The notes: a model not told the origin generated them from the letters alone. A stretch of 64,000 nucleotides of DNA from an uncultured virus (IMG/VR IMGVR_UViG_3300008117_000004) (IMGVR_UViG_3300008117_000004:1-64000); one strand, 5' to 3'; shown: positions 1 to 9,960, counted from the first letter of the stretch. Program-made: numbers and translations.

Positions 1-407
1 CCAGTAGGTAAAGTAGTGTTTGGATAATATCTATACATATAATGGTTACCTGATCCACTATTCTCTGAATAAAGATCAGCTGTCTGTGTTCCGTCAGGAG
101 CAGTTCCCTGATCTGCAGTTATCGTAACACCAGACTTAGCATATACTGCATTAGTAAAATCTTGTGAATATGATAATTGATTGTATGCTCCGACGAAATT
201 CATTAATGTAGTTTCATCTAGAACATTATTTAAAAAAGGTATATCCATTTCTGTATTATCTCCACTTCTTCTTACTCTAATGCATGCACCAGTGTAATTA
301 GTATTTAATTTTCTAAAGGAGTATGCTGCTAAAGAATTTGGAAATAGATCTAGTAGAAGAGCAGATTGATCTACGTATGTTCTCCATCCAACTTTTGTTT
401 GTGTCAT
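1..407 (-). CDS. Partial (runs off window) putative receptor-binding/tail-associated protein, paralog of 2895..4394 and 4649..6151
   Basis: Manual translation from ATG at 407: MTQTKVGWRTYVDQSALLLDLFPNSLAAYSFRKLNTNYTGACIRVRRSGDNTEMDIPF; shares AAYSxRKL / IRVRRS / APDGTQTADL motifs with its neighbours. Not in the ORF track. Confidence 0.85.
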   Translation of the reverse strand, partial: MTQTKVGWRTYVDQSALLLDLFPNSLAAYSFRKLNTNYTGACIRVRRSGDNTEMDIPFLNNVLDETTLMNFVGAYNQLSYSQDFTNAVYAKSGVTITADQGTAPDGTQTADLYSENSGSGNHYMYRYYPNTTLPT

Positions 408-426
408 AGTTTTTTTTTATTTTTTA

Positions 427-448
427 AAAGACCTCCGAAGAGGTCTTT
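427..448 (-). terminator. Intrinsic terminator with C(UUCG)G tetraloop
   Basis: Minus strand AAAGACCTC-TTCG-GAGGTCTTTT immediately after stop of 451..678. Confidence 0.8.
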
Positions 449-450
449 AT

Positions 451-678
451 TTATGGATTTACATCTCCAGGAAGCTCAACTTGAACCGGATTGTGATCGA
501 TTTCTGGTAAATCATGAACCCATTCAGTTACTCCTCCATGTGTACATTGATTAACTTCCTCATTTGAGATAAACCAATTTCCATCAGCATCTAATGTTGG
601 GTTGAAGAATTGAATTCCATCATAAGTTTGACCAACTAATAGGTCTTTTTGTTCTTGTGTTAAAAGTCTTACTTTCAT
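451..678 (-). CDS. Small hypothetical protein, paralog of 733..957 (possible fibre chaperone/partner)
   Basis: Shares EQKDxLVGQ and FFNPTLDADGNWFISxEEV with 733..957. Confidence 0.8.
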   Translation of the reverse strand: MKVRLLTQEQKDLLVGQTYDGIQFFNPTLDADGNWFISNEEVNQCTHGGVTEWVHDLPEIDHNPVQVELPGDVNP

Positions 679-706
679 CGTTTATTACTTATTTTTTATT
701 TTTTAG

Positions 707-730
707 AAAAGACCTCATAAGAGGTCTTTT
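707..730 (-). terminator. Intrinsic terminator, stem identical to that at 427..448
   Basis: AAAAGACCTC-ATAA-GAGGTCTTTT after stop of 733..957. Confidence 0.8.
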
Positions 731-732
731 AT

Positions 733-957
733 TTATTCGGTTACTTCTCCCGGAAGTTCAGCAATGATCGGATTGTGAGGAATCTCAACCAACTCAGAAA
801 TCCAAGCGAATTCAGTTCCTGTATATCCTTGAACTTCTTCGATAGAGATAAACCAGTTACCGTCTGCATCTAAAGTTGGGTTGAAGAAAGTTTCACCATC
901 CCATTTTTGACCAACTAATTGATCTTTTTGTTCTAAAGTTAATTTATAGACTTTCAT
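733..957 (-). CDS. Small hypothetical protein, paralog of 451..678
   Basis: Clear sequence similarity to adjacent ORF. Confidence 0.8.
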   Translation of the reverse strand: MKVYKLTLEQKDQLVGQKWDGETFFNPTLDADGNWFISIEEVQGYTGTEFAWISELVEIPHNPIIAELPGEVTE

Positions 958-973
958 AATATTTTATTTTTTT

Positions 974-1195
974 TTATTTTAATTCTGGTTGAGTAATTTC
1001 AAATTCAATTGGGGCACCTAATATTGTCTCAATAGATTCGTCAAATGTGATGTACCAAAATCCATCTAATTCAGCATTTTGATAATCTACCCAGTGTTGA
1101 GTAACACATCCTTCTTTCGGATATCCGAAATGGGTGTCGCATTGTGTTCTAGCAGCAATTGCTTCTGCTTCTGTCATAAATTTGTAACCTTTCAT
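974..1195 (-). CDS. Small hypothetical protein, paralog of 4411..4632
   Basis: GYK..TEAEAI.AR, WV.Y...ELDGF.YI and LG.PIEFE.TQPE shared with 4411..4632. Confidence 0.8.
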   Translation of the reverse strand: MKGYKFMTEAEAIAARTQCDTHFGYPKEGCVTQHWVDYQNAELDGFWYITFDESIETILGAPIEFEITQPELK

Positions 1196-1246
1196 GTTAA
1201 TTTATTTTTTTATTTTATTTATCATAAAACTATAATTATGATAATT

Positions 1247-2878
1247 TTATACGTTGTATCTAACTCTTCCAGCATTGAAGTTTTGTAAAACTTCCGCTGC
1301 AGAAAGTTCTCGGTCATATATATGCATTGCTCCAAGAATACCTCTACCTGAACTTGTAGATGTAGCCGAATTAACACCCCATCCAGCATTTGATGCTCTA
1401 AGTCCAGAACATGTCATTGTATTTGTTGCCTGTAACACACCATTTACATACATTTTAACATACGAATTTGGCTTCCAAACTACATAAACATTATACCAAA
1501 CATCAGATTGTACAGTTGTTGTTGATTGAAATGTTCCTGAAATTGAACCAGACGTTGGAACAATGTTAATACCGAATTTAGAACCAATAGACATACTCAG
1601 AATAAAACTCCATCCACCACCATAAGAATCATGTCCTCTTGTTATAGCATAAAAACCATTATGTCTTGAAGAAACTTTAAACCATCCACCTACCGTAAAT
1701 GTACCTGTATCAGATCCTTTATAAAGTGTTTGTAAATAATCCGGCGAAGTACCAGATTGATACAGCTTAGTACCACCCGCAGTGTTATCAGAATTTCGAA
1801 ATCTAAGTTCAGGTATACCCAAATCAGATTTATTATATTCTATAAAACGATTTTGCCAATCATATTGATTTAATCTAATTACTGTACCATTATTACTATT
1901 ACCACTACTATCAACCAATACATCATTTTGATAGTAATATAATCCTGGTAGGTCAGATGTTAATGATCTTTCATTTGGTGGAGTTTGATTTTGAGCATCA
2001 ATATTAATTTTTAAACCATTTGTAACTAATACATCGGTTGATGTATTAGTATTAATTGTTAATGGTGCAATAGAAGTTCCAATTTGTCTTGATAGAGATG
2101 AATTAAATCTTTGAACTGCGATATACATTAAATATGATTCCATCGTATTTAAAGCACTTGTTATATAAGCAGTTGAATATCTATTCGTTGAAGAAGAAGA
2201 TCCAATTTTTACAGTTGAATTCGGATTTATTTTAGTTGTCGCAACTGTCTGTCTAGCACCTTGAACCTCTAAACCATCTTTAAACCAACAAAAATATGTA
2301 GTATTATATCTTTTTAATTCATTTAAACCAGTAACAGTTGTTGGACTAATATAAAATGAAAACCAATCATGTGATGGAATACTTCTAAAAAACATTAAAG
2401 TTGGACTCGAAACAAAAGAATCTATTGAACCGTTTGTAGAATCATACGCTGAAATATCAGATCTAAATCCTCTAACATTGGAAGATTGGATCGGATTATC
2501 ATTTATATAAATACCAAAATTATGTTCGGTACTATTTGCACCAAAAGCGCTTCTTAAATTTAATTGAGTATCAGCAATTGTGTTTGATCCATTTGATTTA
2601 ACACCATTTGAATCATGAATCCAACCGCCACTAAATGTTAAACTGTATATTTGTGTGTTAACTAAATTTAATCTATGAGATTCAGCATTTCCACCAACGA
2701 AAGGATAGAAAGCCTTTATTTTAGTCCAAAGACCATATCTTTTCAGATCTTTAACTAAAGTGTTAACTGCGGATTTTTGAGTTGTATCAGTAAGACCTGC
2801 AGCTAATGAAAAGGCTGTAGCGTCAGTATCTAGTCCTAAATCAACATAAGGTCTCCAACCTACTTTAATTTGTGTCAT
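1247..2878 (-). CDS. Putative receptor-binding/tail protein with C-terminal LamG/concanavalin A-like domain
   Basis: MTQIKVGWR N-terminus; LWTKIKAFYPFVGG domain; C-terminal FTVGGW..WYNVYVVW..MYVNG..IYDRELSAAEVLQNFNA typical of LamG-like phage proteins. Confidence 0.75.
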   Translation of the reverse strand: MTQIKVGWRPYVDLGLDTDATAFSLAAGLTDTTQKSAVNTLVKDLKRYGLWTKIKAFYPFVGGNAESHRLNLVNTQIYSLTFSGGWIHDSNGVKSNGSNTIADTQLNLRSAFGANSTEHNFGIYINDNPIQSSNVRGFRSDISAYDSTNGSIDSFVSSPTLMFFRSIPSHDWFSFYISPTTVTGLNELKRYNTTYFCWFKDGLEVQGARQTVATTKINPNSTVKIGSSSSTNRYSTAYITSALNTMESYLMYIAVQRFNSSLSRQIGTSIAPLTINTNTSTDVLVTNGLKINIDAQNQTPPNERSLTSDLPGLYYYQNDVLVDSSGNSNNGTVIRLNQYDWQNRFIEYNKSDLGIPELRFRNSDNTAGGTKLYQSGTSPDYLQTLYKGSDTGTFTVGGWFKVSSRHNGFYAITRGHDSYGGGWSFILSMSIGSKFGINIVPTSGSISGTFQSTTTVQSDVWYNVYVVWKPNSYVKMYVNGVLQATNTMTCSGLRASNAGWGVNSATSTSSGRGILGAMHIYDRELSAAEVLQNFNAGRVRYNV

Positions 2879-2894
2879 AGTTTTTTATTATTTT

Positions 2895-4394
2895 TTAGTA
2901 TATTGAATAGAATGAATTAATACTTGATTCAATGATATTTCTATCAGAACTCACATCACCATTAAATAACACCATTTCTGATGCATAAAATTGACCGGAA
3001 TTACTTAAACCTAATTGTAGACCTTTCCAATTCGTAGTTGTAAGATTTTTACTATATGTTGAACCATTCTTACCAACTTTAGCACTATTTGAAGATATAT
3101 TCATAAAATGTAGTGTTTGGTTTGTATCTACAATATCTTCTCCGTTAATTAAATTATTGTCAGCTGTATATAGAGTATAAGCATATCTTCCTAAACCAAT
3201 AAAATATCTTATCCAGTAATTCCTATTGTTTTCTAATCCAGACAGTATTGGGAAGTCGTAGATACTTCCATATATTTTCATATTTATGAATATGCTAAAT
3301 GGTCTATTTAATGTTATCGAATTTAATGGTAAACCTAACCATTTTCTAGTAGTTCCAGAAAAAAGAAAAGAAAGAGTAGGTTTTCCATTTAGAGCTATCA
3401 ATGTGCTATCTTCAATAATTGATGGCTGATTTGCAGAAGTTGTTTGTGATATATTCATATTATTACCCGACTGGTCATACCATATTGATACAAACCCAGA
3501 ACCAGGAAGAGTATTAGTAGTTTTAGAATATGGTTTTAATTCTTGATAACTATCATCATCATTTTTAAGAGTTATTTGTAACCCCCACAATAAATACTTA
3601 CCATTCACATTACCATTCCAAGTTTGTCCATAACTAGGTGCGTTTACAATTGGAACACCACCATTGGTAGTTGCTGGAACTCTACCTATTGCTATAGGTG
3701 TTTTTGTTGATTGACTTTCAGTACCAGTTTTTGGTGGTCTTTTTCCCCACATAGAACATCTCCACCAACCATTACCTTCATCAGACATAGAAGCACCTAA
3801 AACTCCTAATGAACCTCCAAAAATATTAAGGTCAGCAATATAATCAACATTACCAGTTTCTAAATTAAAAACTACAGTTGAACCACCACTTGAATTACCA
3901 CTTCTTTGTTGACGGAGCATTATTTTATTTTCAGTAAGTGTATTATCTGGTGATTTCTTAACATAAAAACTCATATTCCAACTACCCCCTACGAGAAGAC
4001 CACTCTGAACATCTTCCCTATAGAAATAATGGTCCGTTGTTGTTGCTGTTTCAGTAAATAAATCAGCAGTTTGTGTACCATCTGGTGCTATACCAGCATT
4101 AGGTGTTATAGTAACTCCGTTTTTTGACCAGTACGCATTATCTAGGTCTTCTGAATAATAAAATTTATTATTTGAACCAACGAATGTTGTTAATGCTACC
4201 GTATCCAAATTACCATCATTATCAAAACCAATGTCTTGTGATTGATTATCACTGGACCTTCTAACTCTGACTGCCGGTCCTGTATAAGATCCATTTAATT
4301 TTCTCAGTGAGTATGCAGCAGCCGAACCCCCACTATAGATGTCTAATAAGTAAGGACTTACGTACTTTCTCCAGCCTACTCTTGATTGTGTCAT
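2895..4394 (-). CDS. Putative receptor-binding/tail protein (arabinofuranosidase-catalytic-like/ConA-like fold with inserted module)
   Basis: MTQSRVGWR; AAAYSLRKL..AVRVRRSSDN..DIGF and GFVSIWYDQSGN motifs flanking an APDGTQTAD..GNGWWRCS module. Confidence 0.7.
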   Translation of the reverse strand: MTQSRVGWRKYVSPYLLDIYSGGSAAAYSLRKLNGSYTGPAVRVRRSSDNQSQDIGFDNDGNLDTVALTTFVGSNNKFYYSEDLDNAYWSKNGVTITPNAGIAPDGTQTADLFTETATTTDHYFYREDVQSGLLVGGSWNMSFYVKKSPDNTLTENKIMLRQQRSGNSSGGSTVVFNLETGNVDYIADLNIFGGSLGVLGASMSDEGNGWWRCSMWGKRPPKTGTESQSTKTPIAIGRVPATTNGGVPIVNAPSYGQTWNGNVNGKYLLWGLQITLKNDDDSYQELKPYSKTTNTLPGSGFVSIWYDQSGNNMNISQTTSANQPSIIEDSTLIALNGKPTLSFLFSGTTRKWLGLPLNSITLNRPFSIFINMKIYGSIYDFPILSGLENNRNYWIRYFIGLGRYAYTLYTADNNLINGEDIVDTNQTLHFMNISSNSAKVGKNGSTYSKNLTTTNWKGLQLGLSNSGQFYASEMVLFNGDVSSDRNIIESSINSFYSIY

Positions 4395-4410
4395 AGTTTT
4401 TTATTATTTT

Positions 4411-4632
4411 TTAATTTATCTCCGGTTGAGTAACCTCGAATTCAATTGGTTCTCCTAAGACTTGTTCTAAACCTTCTACATGTTGAATGTAGTAGAACCC
4501 ATCTAATTCTGAATGGTTGTAGTTTACCCAATATAAGGTATCACCAGTTGGGTTTGGTAAACCCATATAAGTAGCGGCTTGACTTCTTGCCATAATTGCT
4601 TCTTCTTCTGTTGTGTATTTATATCCTGTCAT
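4411..4632 (-). CDS. Small hypothetical protein, paralog of 974..1195
   Basis: Similarity to 974..1195; lies directly downstream of a large MTQ-VGWR gene. Confidence 0.8.
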   Translation of the reverse strand: MTGYKYTTEEEAIMARSQAATYMGLPNPTGDTLYWVNYNHSELDGFYYIQHVEGLEQVLGEPIEFEVTQPEIN

Positions 4633-4648
4633 AATTTATTTTATTTTT

Positions 4649-6151
4649 TTAGTAGATTGAGTAGTATGAGTTTATGTTTGATGAGATACCTGTTCGGTTA
4701 GATGATTGGTCAACATTATAATAAGCCACTATTTCTTGTATGTTACCTTTTAATTTAAAGTTTGTACCTATTTCATCAGCACCTATTGATAACGGTTGTG
4801 TAAATGTTGGTAGTGATGTGTTAGTTGTACCATCAAAACTCATAGTTTCTTGTACGTTATTTCTATAACTCTTTATACGTAAAGCACTTGTAACGTTTAA
4901 TAAATCGGTTTGTTGTTCGTAAAGATATTGAGTGTTAATATTATATACACCAAAATCATAAGTTTTACTAGTTGTTACATCTCTCACTGACATAATTGAC
5001 CTTGCATTACTACGGTACCCAGAAAAATATACAGACATGTTGAATTGTTTAAAATGTCCTATTACTTGAGATGTTATGTTATTTGTTTCAATACTTGACA
5101 CATGTGCTACATATACTTTATCAGTACTAGTAAATGGATAATTACTTGTAACTAAAAAGTCGTTCGAACCATCAAATTTTATTGTTGGTTTACCATTTGT
5201 AGTTATTAATGAACCATTACTTACTATTTGAGGTTGACTGGCAGATGCTTGTTGGGAAGCGTCATATGTTGATGATTGGTCATACCATATGGATACGAAT
5301 CCATTACCAGCTGTAGTTGTTGTTGTAGTTTTTGTATATGGTTGTGTTGTTAATACTGACGTATCGTTTAACGCTTTTTGAAATTGATAACCCCATATGT
5401 AAATGTTTGATTGTACGTTACCAGGGTATAGTGAAGTATTGAGCGTATTTAAATTATTATTAAATCTAATTACACCTACTTGAGAACGGTTTCCAGTTAC
5501 TGTTACTGTACCCCACACTGAACATCTCCACCAACCATTTCCAGCATCAACAATTGATGAACCAAAATTAGCATCATTAGATGCGTTCGAACTATCTAAT
5601 ACAGTACCTGATGATATATTAAATAGAACACAAGGAAGTGAAAAAACATTCCCCGTTGGGCTAGGAAATCCCAGAATAATTGTATCAGGTGCCGATGTTC
5701 CTGGTCCTTTTTTAACGTATACACTCACATTCCAACTTGTTCCAACAGCAAACGATAAAGATGTAGCGTTGTATAATGTGTGATAATTATTAGCTGTGCT
5801 TTCTGCTAATAAATCGGCAGTCATTGTACCATCAGGTGCCGTTGTTTGATTTGAGGTAATGGTTGTAATATATTTACTCCAATAAACATTATCAAATTCC
5901 TCAGAATATAATGCTTGGTTATTTGCACCGACAAAATTCAACATCGATGTTGTATCTAAATTACCATTTGCATCGAATCCGATGTCTTGGGATGTATTGT
6001 CAGACGAACGTCTAACACGAATTGCACTACCAGCGTATGCGTTTCTTAGTTTACGTAATGAGTAAGCTGCTGCCGCTCCATTATAAGTGTCTAAAAGGTA
6101 TGATACTGGTTGTAAATTACCTGACCTCCATCCAACTTTTGTTTGTGTCAT
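4649..6151 (-). CDS. Putative receptor-binding/tail protein, paralog of 2895..4394
   Basis: MTQTKVGWR; same motif order as 2895..4394; both end INSxYSIY. Confidence 0.75.
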   Translation of the reverse strand: MTQTKVGWRSGNLQPVSYLLDTYNGAAAAYSLRKLRNAYAGSAIRVRRSSDNTSQDIGFDANGNLDTTSMLNFVGANNQALYSEEFDNVYWSKYITTITSNQTTAPDGTMTADLLAESTANNYHTLYNATSLSFAVGTSWNVSVYVKKGPGTSAPDTIILGFPSPTGNVFSLPCVLFNISSGTVLDSSNASNDANFGSSIVDAGNGWWRCSVWGTVTVTGNRSQVGVIRFNNNLNTLNTSLYPGNVQSNIYIWGYQFQKALNDTSVLTTQPYTKTTTTTTAGNGFVSIWYDQSSTYDASQQASASQPQIVSNGSLITTNGKPTIKFDGSNDFLVTSNYPFTSTDKVYVAHVSSIETNNITSQVIGHFKQFNMSVYFSGYRSNARSIMSVRDVTTSKTYDFGVYNINTQYLYEQQTDLLNVTSALRIKSYRNNVQETMSFDGTTNTSLPTFTQPLSIGADEIGTNFKLKGNIQEIVAYYNVDQSSNRTGISSNINSYYSIY

Positions 6152-6172
6152 TATTTTTTATTTATTTTTTAG

Positions 6173-6204
6173 AAAAGAGTGTTCCTATTATGAAACACTC
6201 TTTT
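6173..6204 (-). terminator. Intrinsic terminator after 6216..8807
   Basis: AAAAGAGTGTT...AACACTCTTTT inverted repeat. Confidence 0.65.
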
Positions 6205-6215
6205 ATTTTTTATTT

Positions 6216-8807
6216 TTAAATTAATCCATAAACACCATAAGCTCTAACTTTTGATCCATTATCTGGAGCAATTTCAAAAGTTACGGATTCTACTTTGTTA
6301 TCGATATCAAAGTTAGGAGTATAATCTCCACTATCTTGTAATAGACCGTTAACATAGATTAACTCAGATCCACTTCTAACTGGAACACTCAATGTAAATG
6401 TTGTAATAATACCATTAGCAGATTCAACAATACTTACGTGTTTAGCATATATAGTTTCTAAGTCGTAAGCAATAGAAGCTTCTGCAGACTCAGCTCTTGA
6501 AATTTCTGAATCTAAGTTATCAACAACCTCAGCAAATGAGTCAATTGAAGTTAAGTCAGTGTTAGCAATAATGTAAGATACCTCAGTCGATAATACCGTA
6601 GCAATAGATCCCTCAGCAGCAGTAGCTCTCGAAATCTCAGCAGATAATGCACTATCTAGGGAATTATCAGCAGAAACTCTATTAGAAACTTCAGAAGATA
6701 AATCAGCACCTAATAAATTAGATAAAGATAACTCAGCTGATGTTGCTCTTGAAATTTCCGAAGAAAGACCAGTAGCAATTGAGTTATCAGCAGCTAATCT
6801 AATAGAAGCCTCAGCTGTATCAGCAGATGTTCTAGCAACTAATTCAGAAGAAAGATCAGCAGCTATTGATACATCACCAAGAACTCTTAAAGAAGCCTCT
6901 GTTGAAACCGCATCTGCTCTGTTAACTAATTCGGAAGAAAGATCAGCAGCTATTGAATTGTCAGCAGAAATTCTATTTGATAATTCAGTGGATAATGCAG
7001 CATCGTTTGATAATACATAAGATGCAAATGCTTGATCATTGGTTGTATCAACAGAGTTAATTAATGAAACAATTTCAGCAAATGAGTCTTTATCAGCATC
7101 TGAAGCTAATAAAATAGCATCAATTCGATCTTTTTCTATAGAAAGCTTAGTATCTAAAGAGGCATCACCAGCAACTCTTAAAGAGGTTTCAGTAGAAACC
7201 GCAGATGCTCTAGCAACTAATTCAGAAGAAAGACCAGCAGCTATTGAATTATCAGCAGAAGCTCTAGCAACTAATTCAGAAGAAAGACCAGCAGCTATTG
7301 AATTATCAGCAACTAATCTTGTAGAAGCCTCAGTAGAAATTTGAGCACTTGTATAAGCCTTAGTAACTAAAGATAAATCACCAAATCCAGCTAATGAAGC
7401 TGGTTGAGCAGCAACGTTAATTAAACCAGAGAAAGTACGAGTGCCACTTGCAGGCGCACCAACCGATTCCATCAATCTAACTGTGTTAGTAGTAGCATCA
7501 ACCTCAATTGTAGAACCATCAGTCATTGGAAAAGAGTTTATAACAGAAGCATCAGCAGAAATTCTAGCAACTAATTCAGCAGATAAGTTAGCAGCAATTG
7601 AAGCATCAGCAGAAGCTCTAGCAACTAATTCAGAAGAAAGACCAGCAGCAATTGAGTTATCAGCAGAAGCTCTAGCAACTAATTCAGAAGAAAGACCAGC
7701 AGCTATTGAATTATCAGCAGCTAATCTAATAGAAGCCTCAGCTGTATCAGCAGAAGCTCTAGCAACTAATTCAGAAGAAAGACCAGCAGCTATTGAATTA
7801 TCAGCAGCTAATCTAATAGAAGCCTCAGCAGATAAATCGGATGAGTTATTAACATTTAAATTACTAATTAAAGTAGCTAAAGATGAATCACCAGCAACTC
7901 TATTAGACAACTCAGTTGATAAATTTAAAGTTAACGAAAGCTCAGAGGATTCAGCTCTTGCTTGCTCAGCATCAACATCAGAAATACGAGCTTCAACTTC
8001 AGAAGAAAGATCTAAAGCAATAGAAGTATCTCCGGAAATCCTAGCTACGATTTCAGATGAGATAGCAGCAGCTCTATCAACTAATTCAGTTGATAAGTTA
8101 GCAGCTATTGAATCATCTGCAGCTAATCTTGTAGAAGCCTCAGCAGCGATTGCATTACTAGCTGATCCAGATAATAATGTGATGGCATTATTCATATCAC
8201 TATCAGCATTTTGGAATGCAGTAACGATTTCAGTTAAAGAGTCAATAGCTGAAGGATCTGTATTAGAAATAACAAAATCAACTTTTGTATTCAATGAAGC
8301 TTCTGCTTCAATTGCTCTAGATGCTTCTGAACTTAAATCTGTTGCTAATGATAATTCAGCAGCTTCGGCTCTTGATTGTTCAGCATCAACATCAGCTAAT
8401 CTAGCTGAAGATTCGATCGAAATGTTGTTTTGTAAAGATTGTTCAGCAACGATTCTAGTAGAAATCTCAGCAGACATAGCAGCAGTTACAGATAAATCCG
8501 CAATATCTCTATAATTTGCTTCATCAGCTAATGCGTTTTCTAAAGATAAATCACCAACAACTCTTAAAGATGCTTCAGAAGAAACAGCAGCAGTTCTTAA
8601 AGATTCCTCATTTGATAATGCAGTTTGTAAAGATAAATCACTGGAAACTCTTAAAGAAGCTTCAACACTCTCTTTAGTATCGATAGATGCGATAGTTGAA
8701 ACCAATCCATTAATATCATCAATAACGATACCAACAGGAGCGGTAATCTGTGCGTTGTCCAATATTAAATCGGACTGTCTATTTAATACAATTTTTGTAC
8801 TTGACAT
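6216..8807 (-). CDS. Long Ala/Ser/Glu-rich coiled-coil virion/fibre protein with 18- and 11-residue repeats
   Basis: Repeats DNSIAAGLSSELVARASA and DTAEASIRLAA; (I/K)DS(F/L)xE(I/V)V motif three times; C-terminal IYVNGLLQDSGDY domain. Confidence 0.75.
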   Translation of the reverse strand: MSSTKIVLNRQSDLILDNAQITAPVGIVIDDINGLVSTIASIDTKESVEASLRVSSDLSLQTALSNEESLRTAAVSSEASLRVVGDLSLENALADEANYRDIADLSVTAAMSAEISTRIVAEQSLQNNISIESSARLADVDAEQSRAEAAELSLATDLSSEASRAIEAEASLNTKVDFVISNTDPSAIDSLTEIVTAFQNADSDMNNAITLLSGSASNAIAAEASTRLAADDSIAANLSTELVDRAAAISSEIVARISGDTSIALDLSSEVEARISDVDAEQARAESSELSLTLNLSTELSNRVAGDSSLATLISNLNVNNSSDLSAEASIRLAADNSIAAGLSSELVARASADTAEASIRLAADNSIAAGLSSELVARASADNSIAAGLSSELVARASADASIAANLSAELVARISADASVINSFPMTDGSTIEVDATTNTVRLMESVGAPASGTRTFSGLINVAAQPASLAGFGDLSLVTKAYTSAQISTEASTRLVADNSIAAGLSSELVARASADNSIAAGLSSELVARASAVSTETSLRVAGDASLDTKLSIEKDRIDAILLASDADKDSFAEIVSLINSVDTTNDQAFASYVLSNDAALSTELSNRISADNSIAADLSSELVNRADAVSTEASLRVLGDVSIAADLSSELVARTSADTAEASIRLAADNSIATGLSSEISRATSAELSLSNLLGADLSSEVSNRVSADNSLDSALSAEISRATAAEGSIATVLSTEVSYIIANTDLTSIDSFAEVVDNLDSEISRAESAEASIAYDLETIYAKHVSIVESANGIITTFTLSVPVRSGSELIYVNGLLQDSGDYTPNFDIDNKVESVTFEIAPDNGSKVRAYGVYGLI
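7207..7830. repeat. Near-exact 54-nt coding repeats (two clusters) inside 6216..8807
   Basis: gctctagcaactaattcagaagaaagaccagcagctattgaattatcagcag recurs near 7207, 7261, 7615, 7669 and 7756. Confidence 0.85.
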
Positions 8808-8990
8808 AAAAAAAATTATTTGTTATTTGACAGTGTGTCGTCAATATTTTTTTCTGCTAAATACAAATATAAATTTTAATAGTTTTTTGTGGATTTTATA
8901 TTATCCACGATTTTTAATATAAATATTTTATATGTTATATATTTAATAAAAATACTGTTTTTTTTTCAAACCCCTTTTTTTATTGAAAAA

Positions 8991-9221
8991 TTACATATTG
9001 TATAATAAATTTTTTATATTTTTTATAGAATTTGAATAATTTAATGGATCACAAGAACCATTTTCAGTTAAATACTCATTCACAACATCCATTAGATCAG
9101 GAGTTTGAATAAATATAAAGTTTGATTTGGATTTTACTTTTTCAACTATAAATTTGAATCCTTTTATTTTTAAATATGCTGTTAAATATAAATCCGATGT
9201 TGTGTATTTTTTTTCGTCCAT
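8991..9221 (-). CDS. Small DUF5659-like protein
   Basis: YTTSDLYLTAYLKIKGF pattern. Confidence 0.55.
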   Translation of the reverse strand: MDEKKYTTSDLYLTAYLKIKGFKFIVEKVKSKSNFIFIQTPDLMDVVNEYLTENGSCDPLNYSNSIKNIKNLLYNM

Positions 9222-9301
9222 TTTAATATTTTTTTTATTTATATCTTATATATTTATTTTTTTATTCAATAAATTGTATATTTCTATATTTTTTAATTTT
9301 T

Positions 9302-9868
9302 TTAAAAGTTTTTTTCAACACTCATATAACTACATCTAATTTTAGATTCGGGTAGTGGAGCTTCATCAAAAACAATTTGGTTACCAGTTATTATATAATC
9401 ACCTTCATCTTGTAATAATCCATTTAAATATAGATGATCACTTCCTATTATGGGGTTATATAAAAGAGTAAATACTCTATTAAAACCATCTATATCACCA
9501 ATTGGAACCTCTTTATTTATTACTGTTGATTCTATCTGTTTAATAATTCTATCAGCTGTCCAAATATCTTTATTTGTTAACCCAAAATCATTTATTTTAT
9601 AACCAGATGATATAACAGATTCGGAATTAGTAGTTAATAACTCACCTTCTATAAAATTAGAATTGTTTAAACCACCTCTTTCCATTGGTAGTTGACCTTG
9701 CCAACCAACAACAAAGGAATGTGTTGATGAGTTAGTAGATGTGACAATATCAAGTAAAATGTTAGAATCACTACTTGGAATAAGATATTGAGTGGATCCT
9801 GGTGACCCATTAATACTCCTTAAAACCGTATTACTTACAATTTGTTTACCATGAATTCTTCCCTCCAT
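9302..9868 (-). CDS. Putative virion structural protein
   Basis: C-terminal DGFNRVFTL..LYLNGLLQDEGDY..IVFDEAP domain homologous to C-terminus of 6216..8807. Confidence 0.65.
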   Translation of the reverse strand: MEGRIHGKQIVSNTVLRSINGSPGSTQYLIPSSDSNILLDIVTSTNSSTHSFVVGWQGQLPMERGGLNNSNFIEGELLTTNSESVISSGYKINDFGLTNKDIWTADRIIKQIESTVINKEVPIGDIDGFNRVFTLLYNPIIGSDHLYLNGLLQDEGDYIITGNQIVFDEAPLPESKIRCSYMSVEKNF

Positions 9869-9950
9869 TATAATTAATAATAATTAATTTATGTATATAT
9901 ATTATTAATTAATTTCTTTTTTAATTAAACATAAAAAAAGATAAAAAAAA

Positions 9951-9960
9951 TTAATATATA
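9951..9960 (+). promoter_or_regulatory. Putative phage late promoter TTAATATATA (representative copy)
   Basis: TTAATATATA or TAATATATA precedes many genes: 9896(-), 10797, 20731, 32671(-), 34893, 42971(-), 45591(-), 53683(-), 59922(-), 61965(-), 63487(-). Confidence 0.65.

Noticed and set aside
1..6151. Diversity-generating retroelement or invertible cassette acting on the adhesin array
   Set aside because: No reverse transcriptase or recombinase and no near-identical TR/VR pair or inverted sites seen; paralogs are broadly diverged.
7039..8514. Long plus-strand ORFs 7039..7344 and 7441..8514
   Set aside because: Antisense shadows of the repetitive Ala/Ser-rich gene 6216..8807; codon bias explains the lack of stops.
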